Shown here: piece by piece, positions 1 to 14,200 of the stretch
How positions within the stretch are numbered: position 1 is the first letter of the stretch
How the letters are laid out: every line of letters begins with the position of its first letter
DNA from: Geosiphon pyriformis uo1
Lineage: Eukaryota > Fungi > Glomeromycota
Length of the DNA: 64,000 bases
Reading direction: 5' to 3'
NCBI GenBank assembly: GCA_016748015.1
Contig: JAAOMT010000067.1
Location: forward strand, 208,070-272,069
Notes under the pieces: model-generated
Told to the model about the DNA's origin: nothing
Database searches by the model: none
What the model saw: the letters and a program-made list of their open reading frames with translations, nothing else
Made by a program: the position numbers and the translations under genes

Positions 1-150
1 AGGTGCCTAGTGTTGTCCTGACTAGTCTGAGTGGCTGGTCACGTGTAGAAAATGCATGATTCATGCCTAGTTTAGATCATTTGTATGATGTATTGTACTA
101 GGTAGTGTTTGGACCTCACTCGTTAAATAAAAAAAAATAAAAAAAAAATA
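1..150 (+). mobile_element. 3' end of a retroposon of the LINE family in this window (LINE0): stop codon, conserved 3' tail, A-rich tail
   Basis: TAG at 8-10 followed by a tail nearly identical to 15971-16087 and then (T)AAAA runs; the body lies upstream of the window. Confidence 0.85.
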
Positions 151-314
151 TTATTAATATTATAATAATTTTTAGTTTTATTTTTTTTTTTTATTTCATT
201 TAATGAGTGAAGTCCAAACATTACCTAGTACAATACATCATTAAATGATCTAAACTAGGTGTGAATCATGCCTTTTCTATATGTGACCAGTCATTCAGAC
301 CAGTCAGAACAACA

Positions 315-3300
315 CTACATACTTATATGAACAGAAACCTCTTCACAAGCACCAGAAAAAAATAAACAAGACCTACAAAACCTGAAACAAATGCTAATTG
401 CATTAGCAACCCCCAACAATCTAACAACACCTGCTGAAAAGCCCATGAAAAAACCAGAAACAGAGACAGAAATGGAGCCATCACGAGAAATCAGTCTACC
501 CTTTTTCATTACTGCCCGGTGTTTTGCATGAACCAACCAGATTTCATCCCAGAATGCAGCACAAAACTTATGCACAAAAGACACCATGTTACAAGCTGCC
601 ACCCTGAGATCTTCAAAAACAGAGACAGATTCACGATACTAATTATTGAAAATAAATCTTTTACATAAGACCAACCAAACCACACAATTCGAAGCACAAG
701 TGGACAGTAACTGAGAAATACATAAAGAAGAATGAGATATACCAGAGCGTGCCTCCCAAACAGCTGCATAAGTGTTCATTAAATGCTCATGGCCAATGGC
801 GTCAAAAAAACAGGAAAAAACATGATTAGAGATCTCAACCTCACCACAGAATAAGCACACTATACTGAGATAAAGCCTATTATATAGACGCTTATACATG
901 GCGACAGGAAGTTGATGATGCAAAGCCTTCATAAAATAAGTCCGAAAGCCAGCAGCCATGTGGGAATCTGGGTGCCACACCGAAACAGACCTGGCCCAAT
1001 CAACATTATCTCACAAACTATCTACCAAAACTCAAGAACTGGATTCAACCTCCCAATGCACCCGATGAACTGACTGGAAGATATCACGAACAAAATGTCT
1101 TGAATTACCAGAAATGGCAGAGTCACCAGCTCTTAAAAACTGTTCATCAACCCTGTACGGTAGCCACCAAGAAGATGAGGCAGTAATTCCTGCAAGTGAG
1201 TCAGCACATTCATTGCCAGGGACACCTGAATGATCTTTTACTTTGACCCAATTTACATCCAAATTCTTATCATAAATGACATTAGCAATGTGGCAATGCT
1301 TGATCCAACAACAATTCCTAAAGTCTAGCCAAACTAGTAGGAATTTGGATTTGCATGCATCTAAAGCAGTCTGGCTGTCTAAGAACAAATCCACTGAACA
1401 AAAAGCAGGAACACACTCGAAAGCCAGAGCAATGGCCTACAACTTCATAAGCATAGAGAAAACCAAACCAGACACCTTCACACCCAACTCCGAATCAATG
1501 TTCTCAAAGAAAACAGCAGCACCAGCCTTCATACCAACAATACCCAAACCACTTAAAGACCCATCTGTATATACAGAAAGGCAAACAGCAGTGTCAATGT
1601 CCAACAAATTGTCATAAACAATGCCAAAATTGTGAGAAAGTTAAATATCAGGAGAAGTGTGATCACTCACAGGAGGAGAGCACACAGAAAAAAGAACAAT
1701 GCTACCAAGAAACCAAACAGAAATATCAAACCAAACAGGAACCGAGCCACGAGGATCCAGCCTTTTCCAATGTTTGAAGGTCTTCCAACTGAAAGCAACA
1801 CCATGTCTGTCACAAAGCTGTTCCATGAAAGCGATACCATAGCACTTAAGCAAAGGGACACATTTGAGAAATCTTGGCTCACCTAGAACAATAGACATAG
1901 AAGTGCCACTTCGGAGATGAAAAGCACTGGCCAGAGAAGCACCCAAAGACAAGTCACACCCAGAAAAAATACAAACCACACCTGACAGAAAGTTGTTTGA
2001 AAGACTGACATCAATGTGAGCTGGAAACAGCAAAGGGTGACAGAAATGCCAACTGAGAGCCTGAAGATCATGAGACCTGTAAGAAAACAAACAACCCAAA
2101 ATACCAACTGAATTCGCAAAAGCCAAAACAGCAGCCGATTTACTCTCAGCTTGGATCTGTTCAAAAGTTTTAAAATTGTACAAAGAAGGATGATAAACCG
2201 CATGATTGGGGAAGTTGAGTGGCAGCCCAGACTTAGACTTCAAGCACCTGCGAACCATAGAGTCCCACTTATTATACACACTAACAGGAACAAAGCTGAA
2301 CTGAGTTCTGTAGCTGATGATAAGCAGAAGAACTACAGAAACTAAATACATGAATTGTTTGTCTAAGATCACCTTCCTCAGAACAAGATTAACAAAAAAT
2401 CGAACATCCGAGCGAGCTTTAGCCAGACTAGGCATCGAAAGACCTTCAGAAGACAAAAAAATACCCAGATACCGATAAGGTTCACCCTTCTTGGCGATAG
2501 AGATAGGTGAGCCACTAATAGTCAAAGAAGGATTCGCAATCCGGCTGTTGATAAGAATGGCTACAATCTTGTTATTTTTAATTGAAATGTCATTAATCCT
2601 AAAAAATTCACTAGCAACATTGAGGATGTGCTGCATAGTAGCCTGGCTACCACCAACCCAAATAGTATCATCTACAAAAGCACCCACAGCCAAGAATAAA
2701 GTCAGCCTGGCCTGAGGCTCCATCCAGCCAGTTCTGAAAATAAAATGAGAGTTCAACCTGTAATCATACACACTTTCCTATCATTTGACTTCACACAAGA
2801 GTGAATCATAAAATATGTGCCAAAGAAGTGGTGAAAAAACCTTTCCTTGGTCCAGATCATCGTGAACATGGTAACCATCAATCAAGCTGAAATCCATCAT
2901 CTCTCTGTTGGTGCGACCATTGTAAATGTCATCAAAAAATCTAATAAACTTGTCACACATCTTAATCCTAACCAAACTTCTTTTGAAATGCACCCAGTTA
3001 ACAGAATCATACGCTTTTCACATATCTTGCAAAACCAGCCACAGTTCCCAGCCCTTTTCCAATGCATCTTCTATCACAGAACCAATGACAAAAATGGGCG
3101 ATTGTGTTGATGTACCCTTTAATACAGAGAAATTGTCCCCATGCAGAACATCAAACCTGCTGCAGGCCAAAGAAATTCTGTCTGAGAGAATCTTGGAAAG
3201 AATCTTGCAGGCCATTTCAATCAATGCAATAGGACGGGTATTCATAAGAATGCCCTTCCATTCATATGGTTTAGAAATCATTGACACCCAAGCTTCCTTC

Positions 3301-4982
3301 CAAGGTCCAGGTACAGATTCATGTTCCAAACAAAAATTCAGCAATAACAAAAGCATATCCAAAACCATTCTATCACAGTGTTTCCACAATTCATTGAAGA
3401 TACCAGAAAGACCAGCCGCCTTACCATCAGGCAAATTAGAGACAACTATAAGCAATTCATCAAAACCAATTGAACATATTACTTCAGAGAAGGCATCATC
3501 AAAAACATAGTCCAAAGACTGAAATTGGCACACCCAGTCATCAGAAATATCTGGCATCACCGCACGCTTCCTAGTCCAACCTTCCATAATCTCATCGACC
3601 TTAGATTTAACCAAATCCAGCTTCAAGACCAACTTTTCACCTGCGACCAAGTGATCCAGTACCACTTTATGGAAAGGATGCTTCAGAACACTTCTGATGA
3701 TGTGTTTGTTGTTTACTTCAAAACTCTCCATCCTCCTCTCAATAGTCTGCCTAATACGAGATTCCTCAGCACGCTTAGACTTCATTATCTTCGAAGAGCA
3801 GTAAACCTTTCTTGCCTTAGCCAGTTCAGAGCGAATAGCATCAAAACCAGAACCCAAAAAAAATAAAGACTTCACTGGCGAGGCGCCAACTGAGTCAAGC
3901 CTGTTCCATGTATTCAACAAAGAAGCAAAATTCCCACCAAAAACCAGATGAGAGGCCTTAACCAGCTTAGACACAAGCAGTTCCAGTCTATGAAACTTAG
4001 AAGAAACCTTATTGAAAACACTACTATAACCCTTGAACTATTTTTTCTTGAACATCGCACCAGCTGAGAATATTAATATTTTGTGAACAATGTCTCATAT
4101 TGTATCCTTATCCGAAAACTTTGTAGCTGCAACAAATGCATCTGAAAGCATAGAAGCATTAGCAGCTGTAGCATTCTTAAACTCCAATCACTTCCCATCA
4201 CTGGCATTTTTAACATTGAACTTCCAATGATTTTTATTGGCCTGTTTGTGTAGTGACAGCAGCTACACATCCAACAAACCACCCAGACCCACAGAAACAG
4301 AAACAGTCTTATGATCAGTATCAAAAAAATCCTCAACACCCACCACATCATGATCCACAATTGCATTAACTAAACTAGAGAAGACCAACACGTAATCAAT
4401 TGTCTTGGCAACACCACGAGAATTGCACTATGTTGGTGACCTCACAAAAGCACTTCCACTTAGAGAGTTAACCAGACCCAAATCAAAACATTTCCTGAAA
4501 CTGGCACATTTATGAGACCCATCTTCATTGAAATCGCCACCAAGAATGACAAAAGAAGTCTTATTCACAGCTTTGGCAATGAGAAAATTGATATCACTAG
4601 CCTGAGAAAACCAAACCAATGAAAACGCACCAGCATACAGCCCCAGAATAGACACAGAAAGCTTATTCCCAAAGAGCAGCCTTATTGACAACAGCCAACC
4701 AGATACCTCTGAAATCTTGCATACATGCTTTGCTAAAGAAGAGTCCATAATTATTGCAACACCAGATCTTATGTGACCAAAATCCAGACCAGAAGTAAAA
4801 ACACAAACACCATCGAACTTATCGGCAATCCACAGATAAACCATGCCTCTTAACTTTGTTTCAGTAACAATGGAGACCAAATTGTTCATGTCTTTATGCC
4901 AACATATAATGTCTGTCTGCTTCGCACAATTGTTCATACCTCTGATATTACACATGGCAATTTTCCAAATTAAGTGAGTTAT
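315..4982 (-). pseudogene. LINE1 ORF2: APE endonuclease, reverse transcriptase, RNase H, C-terminal CCHC finger
   Basis: CNIRGMN, VTETKL, LGGDFN (APE); NTRPIALI, AFVDDT, YRYLGI (RT); VYTDGS, FLDSQ, WVKVKDHSG, GNECAD (RNase H); CLFC..H...C; several in-frame stops. Confidence 0.92.
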
Positions 4983-6924
4983 TGAGAAGACAAGAGAAAT
5001 GACAAACCCAAACCAGAGCACAGAATATTTAACTTATTCAAAACTGAACCAACTGAGGCCTCCAAAGTAATCAACTTTGTTTCCAAACCACCCACTTTGG
5101 CAGTAAGGACTTTGGAACTACTAGAGCTGAACTCAACAACAGCATTGTAAATGACAGGTGGAGGAGTATCAGATGAGACCAAAGCAGTATTCACAATCAT
5201 ATTAAAATTTACATCAGAAGTCAAAGTCTCAGAAACAGCAGAAAAAGAGCTCAGAGAAGGGGTCGCCGTAGGAACCAAACCAATAAATTCCAGTCGAACC
5301 AAAATATCAGAAATGCAATCAGTCAAAAGCTCCAAAGAGCACTCCAAAATTGCCAGCCAGTCATTTAAATGAGAAACAGTAGAAGAATCAGTCATTATTA
5401 AAGGAGTAACCAAACCAGAATGCAAACCAGCACCAGCCAAACCAGAGAGAACCACATGAGAAAAAGAGCCACCAGCAATTTGGGCCCATGTTTTACCACC
5501 AAATGAGACTGGACAAGCAATAGGAGCTAACTTTTTCTTATATATCTCAGCCAGATGAATCTGATCTTAATCAGAAACCACCCTCTTCTCACAAACACCA
5601 GAATTCTCATCCAAAGAACAGTTGATCGTAACATGATCAAATTGTTTACAATGAGTGCAACTGGCCAAAGAAAGACCAGCCCAACACAAACTTACATCCT
5701 TGAAAACTGGAACAGTACCAATAGTAGCCAACTTGGACACCTCATCACCAAAACAAATTATAGTACATCTATTATGAACATATAAATTAGGATTATGGCC
5801 AATAAAACAAGTCTTCCCACCATATAATTCTAACAAACTGGAAAGATCATAGGCAGTGGTGCCAACTGGAAGAGTATAAAACAAAGCCCGATGCTGATCC
5901 CTTGATACCCACGTTTGTTTATCACTGACTGCCAAAGCCACACACACCAAATTTTTTTCTATGAGGACTGATCATTTAGATGCAACCAGACTAGCTACTT
6001 CAGACAACTCAAACTCAACCAGAGCCTTTTGCCAAAGACCAATCAGCTGCATTTTGATTAAAACAATTTTGCCAAATTTAGAAAATGCTGAATCCACTGC
6101 CAATTTGGGAAGATTCACTGAGATCTCCTTGACAATCACTTCCCGATCTGAACATCTGTTTACTTTCCTTAGATCATTATTTACCAAAATCTTCTTATTA
6201 ATTGCCAATTCTCTTGTCTTAATCAAACTTTTTTCAGATGTAAATGAAGATCTTATTATTCCTGGAAATTTTGAAGAAGTCAAAGCTCCCCAAATCCATT
6301 AACTTGATAAAAGATTTTTTTAACTGCCATCAACTTATCAACATTTGTCTTCCCAGGCACTGCTGAAACCTCAATATCTAATGTGAAAGATTTTACTGGC
6401 TCGAAATTTCTTTTTTTCAGGGCACGTAATCTGATATACGGCACCTGATTGGCACCATTGACTATAGAGGGAGGAAGCTCCAGCACATCATCGTCATCAC
6501 TCATATGGTCGAACAAAGGTCACTTTGGTGGGTTGCCCAGCACGTATGTTTAAGTACGATTCTTCCTTGGCGTATTTTCGTTCATGCTGTCGTCCTCACG
6601 AGATTCTGCATAGCTTGTCTCCTTGGCAACCAAGTTTGTCATATTTTCCACATCTGAAAGACCGCTCACACTACTTGCTATGCTACTAACATCACTACCT
6701 CAGGACACTACAGGTTTGGCACCAGCTTTACCCAAATCTTCTAAGCTAATAGAGCCAGCAGACGTATTGACCATACTGCCAACAGCAGCAGGCTTTTTAG
6801 GTTTCTTGTAGGATGAACCACGTAAGTGAGCACTCGCCAAACACTTAGATTTAACACCAAAATGGGTCCCCAAACCTGCCGAAACAGAACCTGAACTACC
6901 AGCAGAAGAGCCTGTCAGTTCCAT
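4979..6924 (-). pseudogene. LINE1 ORF1 (nucleic-acid chaperone, CCHC knuckle)
   Basis: Fragments 6700-6924, 6280-6516, 5972-6283, 5567-5950 (CTHCKQFDHVTINC) and 4979-5455 are homologous to LINE2 ORF1. Confidence 0.85.
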
Positions 6925-8093
6925 GTTAATATAAAGGAGTGTATTGAGAGAAATAACTTTAAGACAAAAGAGGAAAAAAGAAAAAAAAAGAAAGCTATTC
7001 TATCAGTTTACTTCTTGCTCTTATTATGGTCAAGGAATTGACGAGAGAAAAAGTTTTTTTATTTGATAAAACTTTCTTGTTTTATTATAATTATAAATAA
7101 AAAAAATTTGTTTAAAATAATAACAATAAAAACACATTAATTAATTTTAATTTGAATTAATTTTTATTTGTGTTTTTAATATTTTATTTATTTATTTAAT
7201 ATATAGCTTAACTACTATTTAATACAATATATTAAACTAAGTAACTTAAATTAAATACAGTTTACATATTTTTTATATGTAATTAAATACAAATTTACTT
7301 CAAATTAAATTATATTGGATTTAAAAAAAACTTATTTTAAGAAAATATCTTATTTATAATAGCAATTAGTATATTACTATTTTTAATCAAGCTACTTAAC
7401 TATTTAATAATTATATTTATATTAAATCTAATATTATTAAATTAATACTCTTAAATAATAATTTTTATTTTGAATATTAAAAACCAAATTTTTAATTTTT
7501 ATATGCAAAGCAGAAAAAGTATTTAAAAGAATAACAACCAAAATAACTAAAAAACTGATTAGTTTAACAACAAATTTAATTAAAACAGCCAAATTTATAA
7601 TTTAAGAATTCAAAAAATTTAATCTAGACTTAATAACAAAATCAAAAACAAATATAACCAAAAAAACAGCAAAAAAAAACCAAAAAAATAGAAATTTTAA
7701 TAAAAAATTTCTTATTAACAAATAAAAACACAAAAAACTTAAAACCAATACTTAATTTAATAAATAATTTAAAAAAATAATAATAACATTTTATAATCAA
7801 CAAACAAATGCTTAAAACTTTGATATTTATAGCAATAATAGTATTCAAAAGTCTTTTATTAGATATAATACTTATGTAAAACATTAGTTTTAGCAATAGC
7901 AAGATTTAAAAAATCATAAAACTTAAATATTATAAAAATATTAATAACAATAAGAATTAGAAAAATAAAAAATAAAACAAATATAATTATCAACTTAAAA
8001 AATCAAATTATTAATTTTAAAAGCAGTATAACTAAAAAAAAATTAACTAATTTAATATTAAAAATATTTTTTGAAATTATAATTTTTTTTTGG

Positions 8094-9027
8094 TGTTACC
8101 AGAAATTTTTGGTTTTTTTTTTAAATATTGTTAATGCCTGTTTGTTGTAAATTTACGTTTTCTGAAAATAGTTGAATCTTTAATAATTAAATTTATCTTC
8201 AAATTATCTCTTATAATTTAAACTGCTAGGCTTATAAATAAAATAACCAATTTTATACCAGTTACTTTGTATAGTTATATTGTAATAAACATCAACTTTT
8301 TCCCAAAAATTGCTCATTTAAAAGCTTACTAAAAATATGTAATTACTTTGCAATAAAAGTTAATTTTTTTACAGAAATCTCATCTATAAACTACTTTAAT
8401 AATTCTAATAAAAAATAAAAAAAATAAAAAATTGTAAAAAAAATAGAGTTTCATTAAAAAAATTATTTTCTATTCAAATTTGGAGTCATTAACTGATTAC
8501 TAAAATTAATAACTGATCAATTTCAAAATATTAATTGGGTTTTTGGAAAATCTTAAGTACAAATAATTTAGAGAAGTAATTTTTAAAGTATGTTTTTATT
8601 TGAATAATAACAATAAAAATATATTGAAAGTAAGATAATTCTAAAAAAAAGTTATTTTTTTATACAACTTGTTGTAGTACTAGTCTATAAACTTGAATTT
8701 TTTTTTCATTATTATTTCGACAAACTAAAAATATATTTTAATAAACTACAAGTTGTTTCTGTAAATTATAACTAATTTTGGTAAACTATTAAGATATTTC
8801 ACAAATTTTTACAAATTTCAATAAATTCTTGAATATTATAAAGTTTAGGTTATTGTGTAATTTGATTATTTTAATTTCTATTGTATAAAATTGAGTTATT
8901 AATTAAATAGTAATATTTAATAATTTGATTAATATAATAAGTAATAATATTAATATATGCCAATTAATAATAAAAATTATAAAGATAATTTTATGCTAAT
9001 TTAATAACTAAAATTCTATTGATAACA
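8094..9027. mobile_element. Old solo LTR (family unassigned)
   Basis: TGTTAC...ATAACA termini; flanks TTGG (8090-93) and TTGA (9028-31); removing it rejoins the host ORF (..RIFFLFNQ / KIIISKNIFNIKLVN..). Confidence 0.7.
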
Positions 9028-9494
9028 TTGATTAAAAAGAAAAAAAATTCTAATATTGTTTTTTTTACTAATATAAATTAATAAGTAAAAACAGCAGCAG
9101 CAAAAAAAAAGTTCTTAAAAAAAACAATATTATATTGTTATAAGTCAGCAAACTTTAATTTAATAAAAATAACAACATTAAAAACACCAAAACCATTTTT
9201 AATATTATTAAAAAATATGCTAAAAAAAATATTAAAATTACAACAAAAATAAAAAAAAAGACCAAAAACCATTATAAAAGATTTTGTAATTTTAAGTATA
9301 ATTAAAAAAAAAATTAATAATAATAATATTATTATAAAAAAAAACAAAAAAAAAACTTCTTTCTTTTGTTCTTCCACAAATCCTAAAAAAAGAGTCAAAA
9401 GTTTTTTTGGAAGAAGTTTTTTACTATTCAGTACGATAAATCCAAACCATTTCTGCTTGATTACGAGGCTGTTGTTGGCCCTAGTATTGCTGTC

Positions 9495-11288
9495 ATGAAA
9501 CAGATGGTTAAAAGTTCTGGCTCTGAGGGTGGTTTCAAGGCTGTTCTGTCAAGGAAAAAGAGAAGAGGCAGTGTTCTTGAGAACAATATTGGTGCTGAAG
9601 AGGGTTCTGCTAGGGTGCATAGTGGTCGTTCATGGGGTTCAGAGACTGGTGATACCACCGAATCTGACAGTGTTGATATGGAAGAGGAATGTCTTGTTGA
9701 GGAGACAAGTTTTGATTATGGTGAAAGTGATGCACTCGTTGGTGGAGATTTGGATCAAACGCTAAAAGGTTTGCAGTTGACAACTAGGAAAGCATTAGGA
9801 AAACCTTTGGGAAAGATCAACTTCCTGGATGACAATGATAATGATGATGTTTTTCTGGATGTCTCTCTGGTGCTTCCCCCTTCTCTTAAGAACCTGGTCA
9901 ATGTTTCGGTTAGGAAGTCATTTGCTTTGGATTTAGATCTGAAAGCGGTAGAAAGAAATTCAGCTCAGGAGAAGCTCAAGAAGATCAGGAGTTTATTTTC
10001 TGGAATTAATGGTTTTGGGGGGGCGTCTACCTCCTCAAAATTCTCAAAGATTATCAGAGTGACATTCACTTCTGAATCAAGTCTAATGAAGGCCACTGAA
10101 AAGGCTACTGGTGCAAATATCATGGTAAACACCGATCTTAAGAGATCATCTGGGCGATCCGATCAGGCTGTGGTCGTGAAAAAAATTCAAGTTGAAACAT
10201 TAGCTGAGGCTGTGCGCGCTGCGCTATCTGAGTTTGGAGTTATTAAGGCGATCAAGATGCAGTTGATCGGGCTGTAACAAAAGGCAATAGTGGAATTTGA
10301 ATGATCAGATCAAGCTAATTTGGCTGCAGCTGAGTGGTCTATCTTAATCGGGAAAGATGCTGTACGTGTGGCTAGGGCTGATTCAGACAAAGAAGCATGG
10401 GATGTAAGGGACCAACATAGGGTGCTGCTTTACACATTGCCGATGGGGACCACTGCTCATGATATCTGGGACTTTGTTAGATCTGTGAGTGAGAAAACTT
10501 GCGTTATTGATCGTCATTCTATTACGTATGTTTGGGCCAGGTGTGCTATTGTTTGTTTTGACTCTGCTGAATCATTAGATGCAGCTGTGGGAACCACGCC
10601 AGTACTCAGGAACACCAATCTCCACTGGTCTTGCCTCATTTCTGCTAAATGCGCCAAGTGTGAGAAATTGGGTCACACGTCATTGGGTTGTGCAGTTGGT
10701 GGGAAATTATCTTCTGGTAGTTCACTGCGTAGGGTTTTCTCGGATACGGATAAAAGCAGGCTAGCAACTATCTATGCCAAACGCTCGGCTCCAGTTGTCC
10801 GTTTGGTCTTTTTTGGTGGTTTCTCTTGGGCAAAGGTTGCTCGCGGGTGTTCTTCGCCTCCCCTCTCTGGTCAGAACGTTGTAGTGAATAATGGCTCCTC
10901 TTCAGAGATGAAGCCGTCCCTACAGGTAGCAATGGAAGTCAACGATAGGTTCGCCACTCTTGAGCGCAGTCTCGCCAGCCTCACGGAGCAAGTTGGTAAG
11001 CTGGCTAAGAAGTTGGATGCACTTGGGCCAATGGTTCCCCAGCCTAGCCCTGGATGTCAGCCATTGGTGACCCCTTCATCACAGGATCAAGGGGCAGATG
11101 TAGTGATAAGTGAGGATTCAGGTGTGTCCACTAGTGGTGGGAATGTTGCGGGAGCAGTGTCTTTTGATGTGTCTTCGGTGTCTAAGCTGGAAGACAGCAT
11201 GAAGTGTCTAATGGAGACAGTCCTGGGCCTTTCGGCTAAAGTGGATAGTATAGGTGCACTTTTGGTGTTTCTACCCCTCGCCCAATAA
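9495..11288 (+). pseudogene. LINE2 ORF1
   Basis: ORFs 9495-10277 and 10320-11288 are in one frame separated by stops; CAKCEKLGHTSLGC knuckle; RRM-like and coiled-coil-like segments. Confidence 0.9.
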
Positions 11289-14200
11289 GCAGTTTGGTCT
11301 GGAAAGTTGCTACGTACAACATTAGGGGCATGAACAATTCCACTAAGCAAGAAGACATTATTAGGTGGCATAAGGAAATGAACAATTTGGTCTCTATTGT
11401 TACTGAAACAAAATTAAGAAGTAGGGTTCGTCCGTGGATTGTAGACAAATTCAATGGTGTCCGAGTATTCACTTCTGGTTTGAACTTTGGGCACTTGGGT
11501 ATGGGTGTTGCTGTTATCATAAACGTTTCTTTGGCTCATCATGTGTGCAAGGTTTCTGAGGTGCCTGGTCAGCTCCTTTCCATTAAATTACTTTTTGAGG
11601 GTAAACTTTCTGTGTCAATTTTGGGGCTTTATGCTGGTGCTTCTTTGGTGGTTCAGTTCTCTCAGGCTGGTGAGATCAATTCTCTCATTGCGAAGGCTGT
11701 CAACGAATCTTCTTTCATCATTCTCGGTGGCAATTTCAATGAAGACAGCTCTCATAAAAGTGCGAGTTTCAAAAGATGCTTTGATTTGGGTCTGGTCAAT
11801 TCTTTAGTTGGTAGTCCGGCTGCAAAAATATCCACTTGAGAAAATTCTAGGGGTGTTAAGAAAACAATTGATTACATGTTTGTCTTCTCGTGTCTTGTTA
11901 ATGCAATAGTGCATTGTGAAGTTTTGAATGTCAGTAAGCATTTTGACATAGACCATCAAGCTGTTTTAGTGGATTTGGGTTTGGGCGGGCTCTTGGATAC
12001 ATGTTTGAACTCTCTTCACAAGCAAGCGAATAAAAACTATTGGAAGTTTGACGTCAATAGTGCCAGTAAAGCTAAGTGGTTGGAGTTCAAGGATGTCTCA
12101 GCTGCTAATGTCTCTATGTTCTCAGATGCTTTTGGTGTGGCAGTAAGATTTTCTGATGTGGATGCTATGTGGGACATTGTTCACAAGATTATGGTTCTTT
12201 CAATGGGTGGTACATTTAAAAGAAAATGGTTCAAAGGTTTTGATGGCGTGTTTACCAAGACTTCTTCTAGGTTTCACAAGCTGAAGCTGCTGGTTTCTAA
12301 GTTGGTTAAGGCTTCACGTTTGGCTTCTAGTGATGGTTTTGCTTCTTTGTTGGAGGTGTGGCACAGACTCGACTCCCCTGGTGCATTAGCAGTTAAGTCT
12401 CTGTTTCTTTCAGGTTCTAATTTTGATCTTATTTGTTCTGCACTGGCCAAAGCAAGAAAATCATACTGCTCATTCAAATTTGTGGAATCCAAGCACGCCG
12501 AGGAATCATCAATCAAGCAGGCTATTGGTAAGAGGATGGAGAGTTTTGAGCTGAACAAGAGTCACACCATTAGGAGTGTTTTGGAGCATCCTTTTCACAA
12601 GGTGGTCTTGGATCATTTGGTTGTAGAAGATGAGTTGATTTTAGAGCCTGTGTTGGTTAAGTTTAAGGTGGACAAAATTATGGAGGAATGGACCAGAAAA
12701 CGTGAGGTGGTGTCTGACTTGTCTGAGAATTGGACTCGTCAATATCGGCCTCTGGATTACGTGTTCGATGGTGCTTTCTCTGATGTCATGTATTCGATTA
12801 GTTTTGATGAGTTGTCAGCTGTTGTTAAGGATCTTCCTGATAGAAAAGCAGCTGGTTTTTCTGGTATCTTCAACAAATTATGGAAACATTGTGACAAATC
12901 TGTTTTGGATATGCTTTTGGTGCTTTTGAATTTCTGTTTGGTTGGCGAGTTGGTCCCTGGGCCTTGGAGAGAAGCTTGGGTTTCAATGATTTCTAAACCA
13001 TATGAATGGGAAGGTGTTCTCACAAACACCCATCTTATAGCTTTAATTGAAATGGCCCGCAAGATTCTCTCCAAGATCCTTTCAAATAGGATCTCTTTGG
13101 CTTACAGCACTTTTGATGTTCTTCGTGGGGACAATTTTTCGGTTTTGAAGGGTATGATGACACAGTCTCCCATTTTTGCTATCGGTTCTGTGGTTGAGGA
13201 TGCCTTGGAGAAGAACCGTGAACTTTGGCTGGTTTTATAGAACATGCACAAGGCTTATGACTCGGTGGGTTGGGAACATCTTAGGAGGAGTCTAGTTAGG
13301 ATCAAAATGTGTGACAGGTTTATTAGATTTTTTGGCAGTATTCACAATGGTTGCATCAACAGAGTGATGACTGACTTTGGCTTAACTGATGAGTATTGTG
13401 TCCACGATGGGCTGGACCAGGGAGAAGTTTTCTCGCCTCTTCTTTGGCGTATTTTTTATAATTCACTTTTGTGTGAGATCAAGAGACAGGATAGTGTGTA
13501 TGGCTACAGGTTGAATTCTAATTTCATATCAAGAACTGGCCGGGCGGATCCTCAAGCTGGGCTGTCTTCATTTCTTGCTGCTGGTGCTTTTGTCGATGAT
13601 ACTATTTGGGTTGGTAGCAGCCAGGCTACTACACAACGCATCCTTGATGTTGCTAGTAAGTTTTTTAGATTTAACAATATTTCTGTAAACAATAACAAAA
13701 TAGTGGCCATCCCCATCAATTGCCGGGTGCTGGATCCTCATTTAACTATCAGTGGTGCGCCTATTTCCATTGCCAAGAGAGGAGAATCTCATCGCTATTT
13801 GGGTATTTTTTTGTCTTCAGAGGATCTTTCGAAGCCTAGCTTGGTTAAAACTCAGGCTGATGTACAGTTTTTTGTAAATCTTGTTTTGAGAAAGGCGATT
13901 TCGGACAAACAGTATGCATATTTGGTGTCTGCAGTTCTTTTCCCTATCATTAACTACAGGACTCAGTTCAGTTTTGTTTCTGTTGGTGTGTGTAATAAAT
14001 GGGATGCTTTGGTATGCAAGGTCTTAAAGTCCAAGTCTGGATTGCCACGTGATTTTCCCAGTGATGCATTTCATCACCTCTCTTTGTACAATTTAAAAAC
14101 TTTCGAACAGATCCAGGCTGAGAGCAAATCAGCCTTCGTTGTTGCTTTTGCAAATTCTACTGGTGTCTTGGGTCGCTTGTTTTCTCATAGGTCTCATGAC

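Larger units (their letters stand above)
176..7080 (-). mobile_element. LINE1: near full-length non-LTR retrotransposon (ORF1 + APE-RT-RNaseH ORF2), inactivated
   Basis: ORF fragments colinear with LINE2 on the opposite strand; reverse-complement 3' tail at 200-317 with T-run; 5' boundary approximate. Confidence 0.92.

Noticed and set aside
2926-3510. Long antisense ORFs over LINE and gypsy coding regions (also 12757-13074, 63115-63678)
   Set aside because: Shadows of the sense-strand codon bias; no independent motifs
7642-7902. Hydrophobic F/I/L/K-rich ORFs in AT tracts as membrane proteins (also 9138-9398, 16621-16806)
   Set aside because: Compositional artefacts of decayed ORF1-only element sequence
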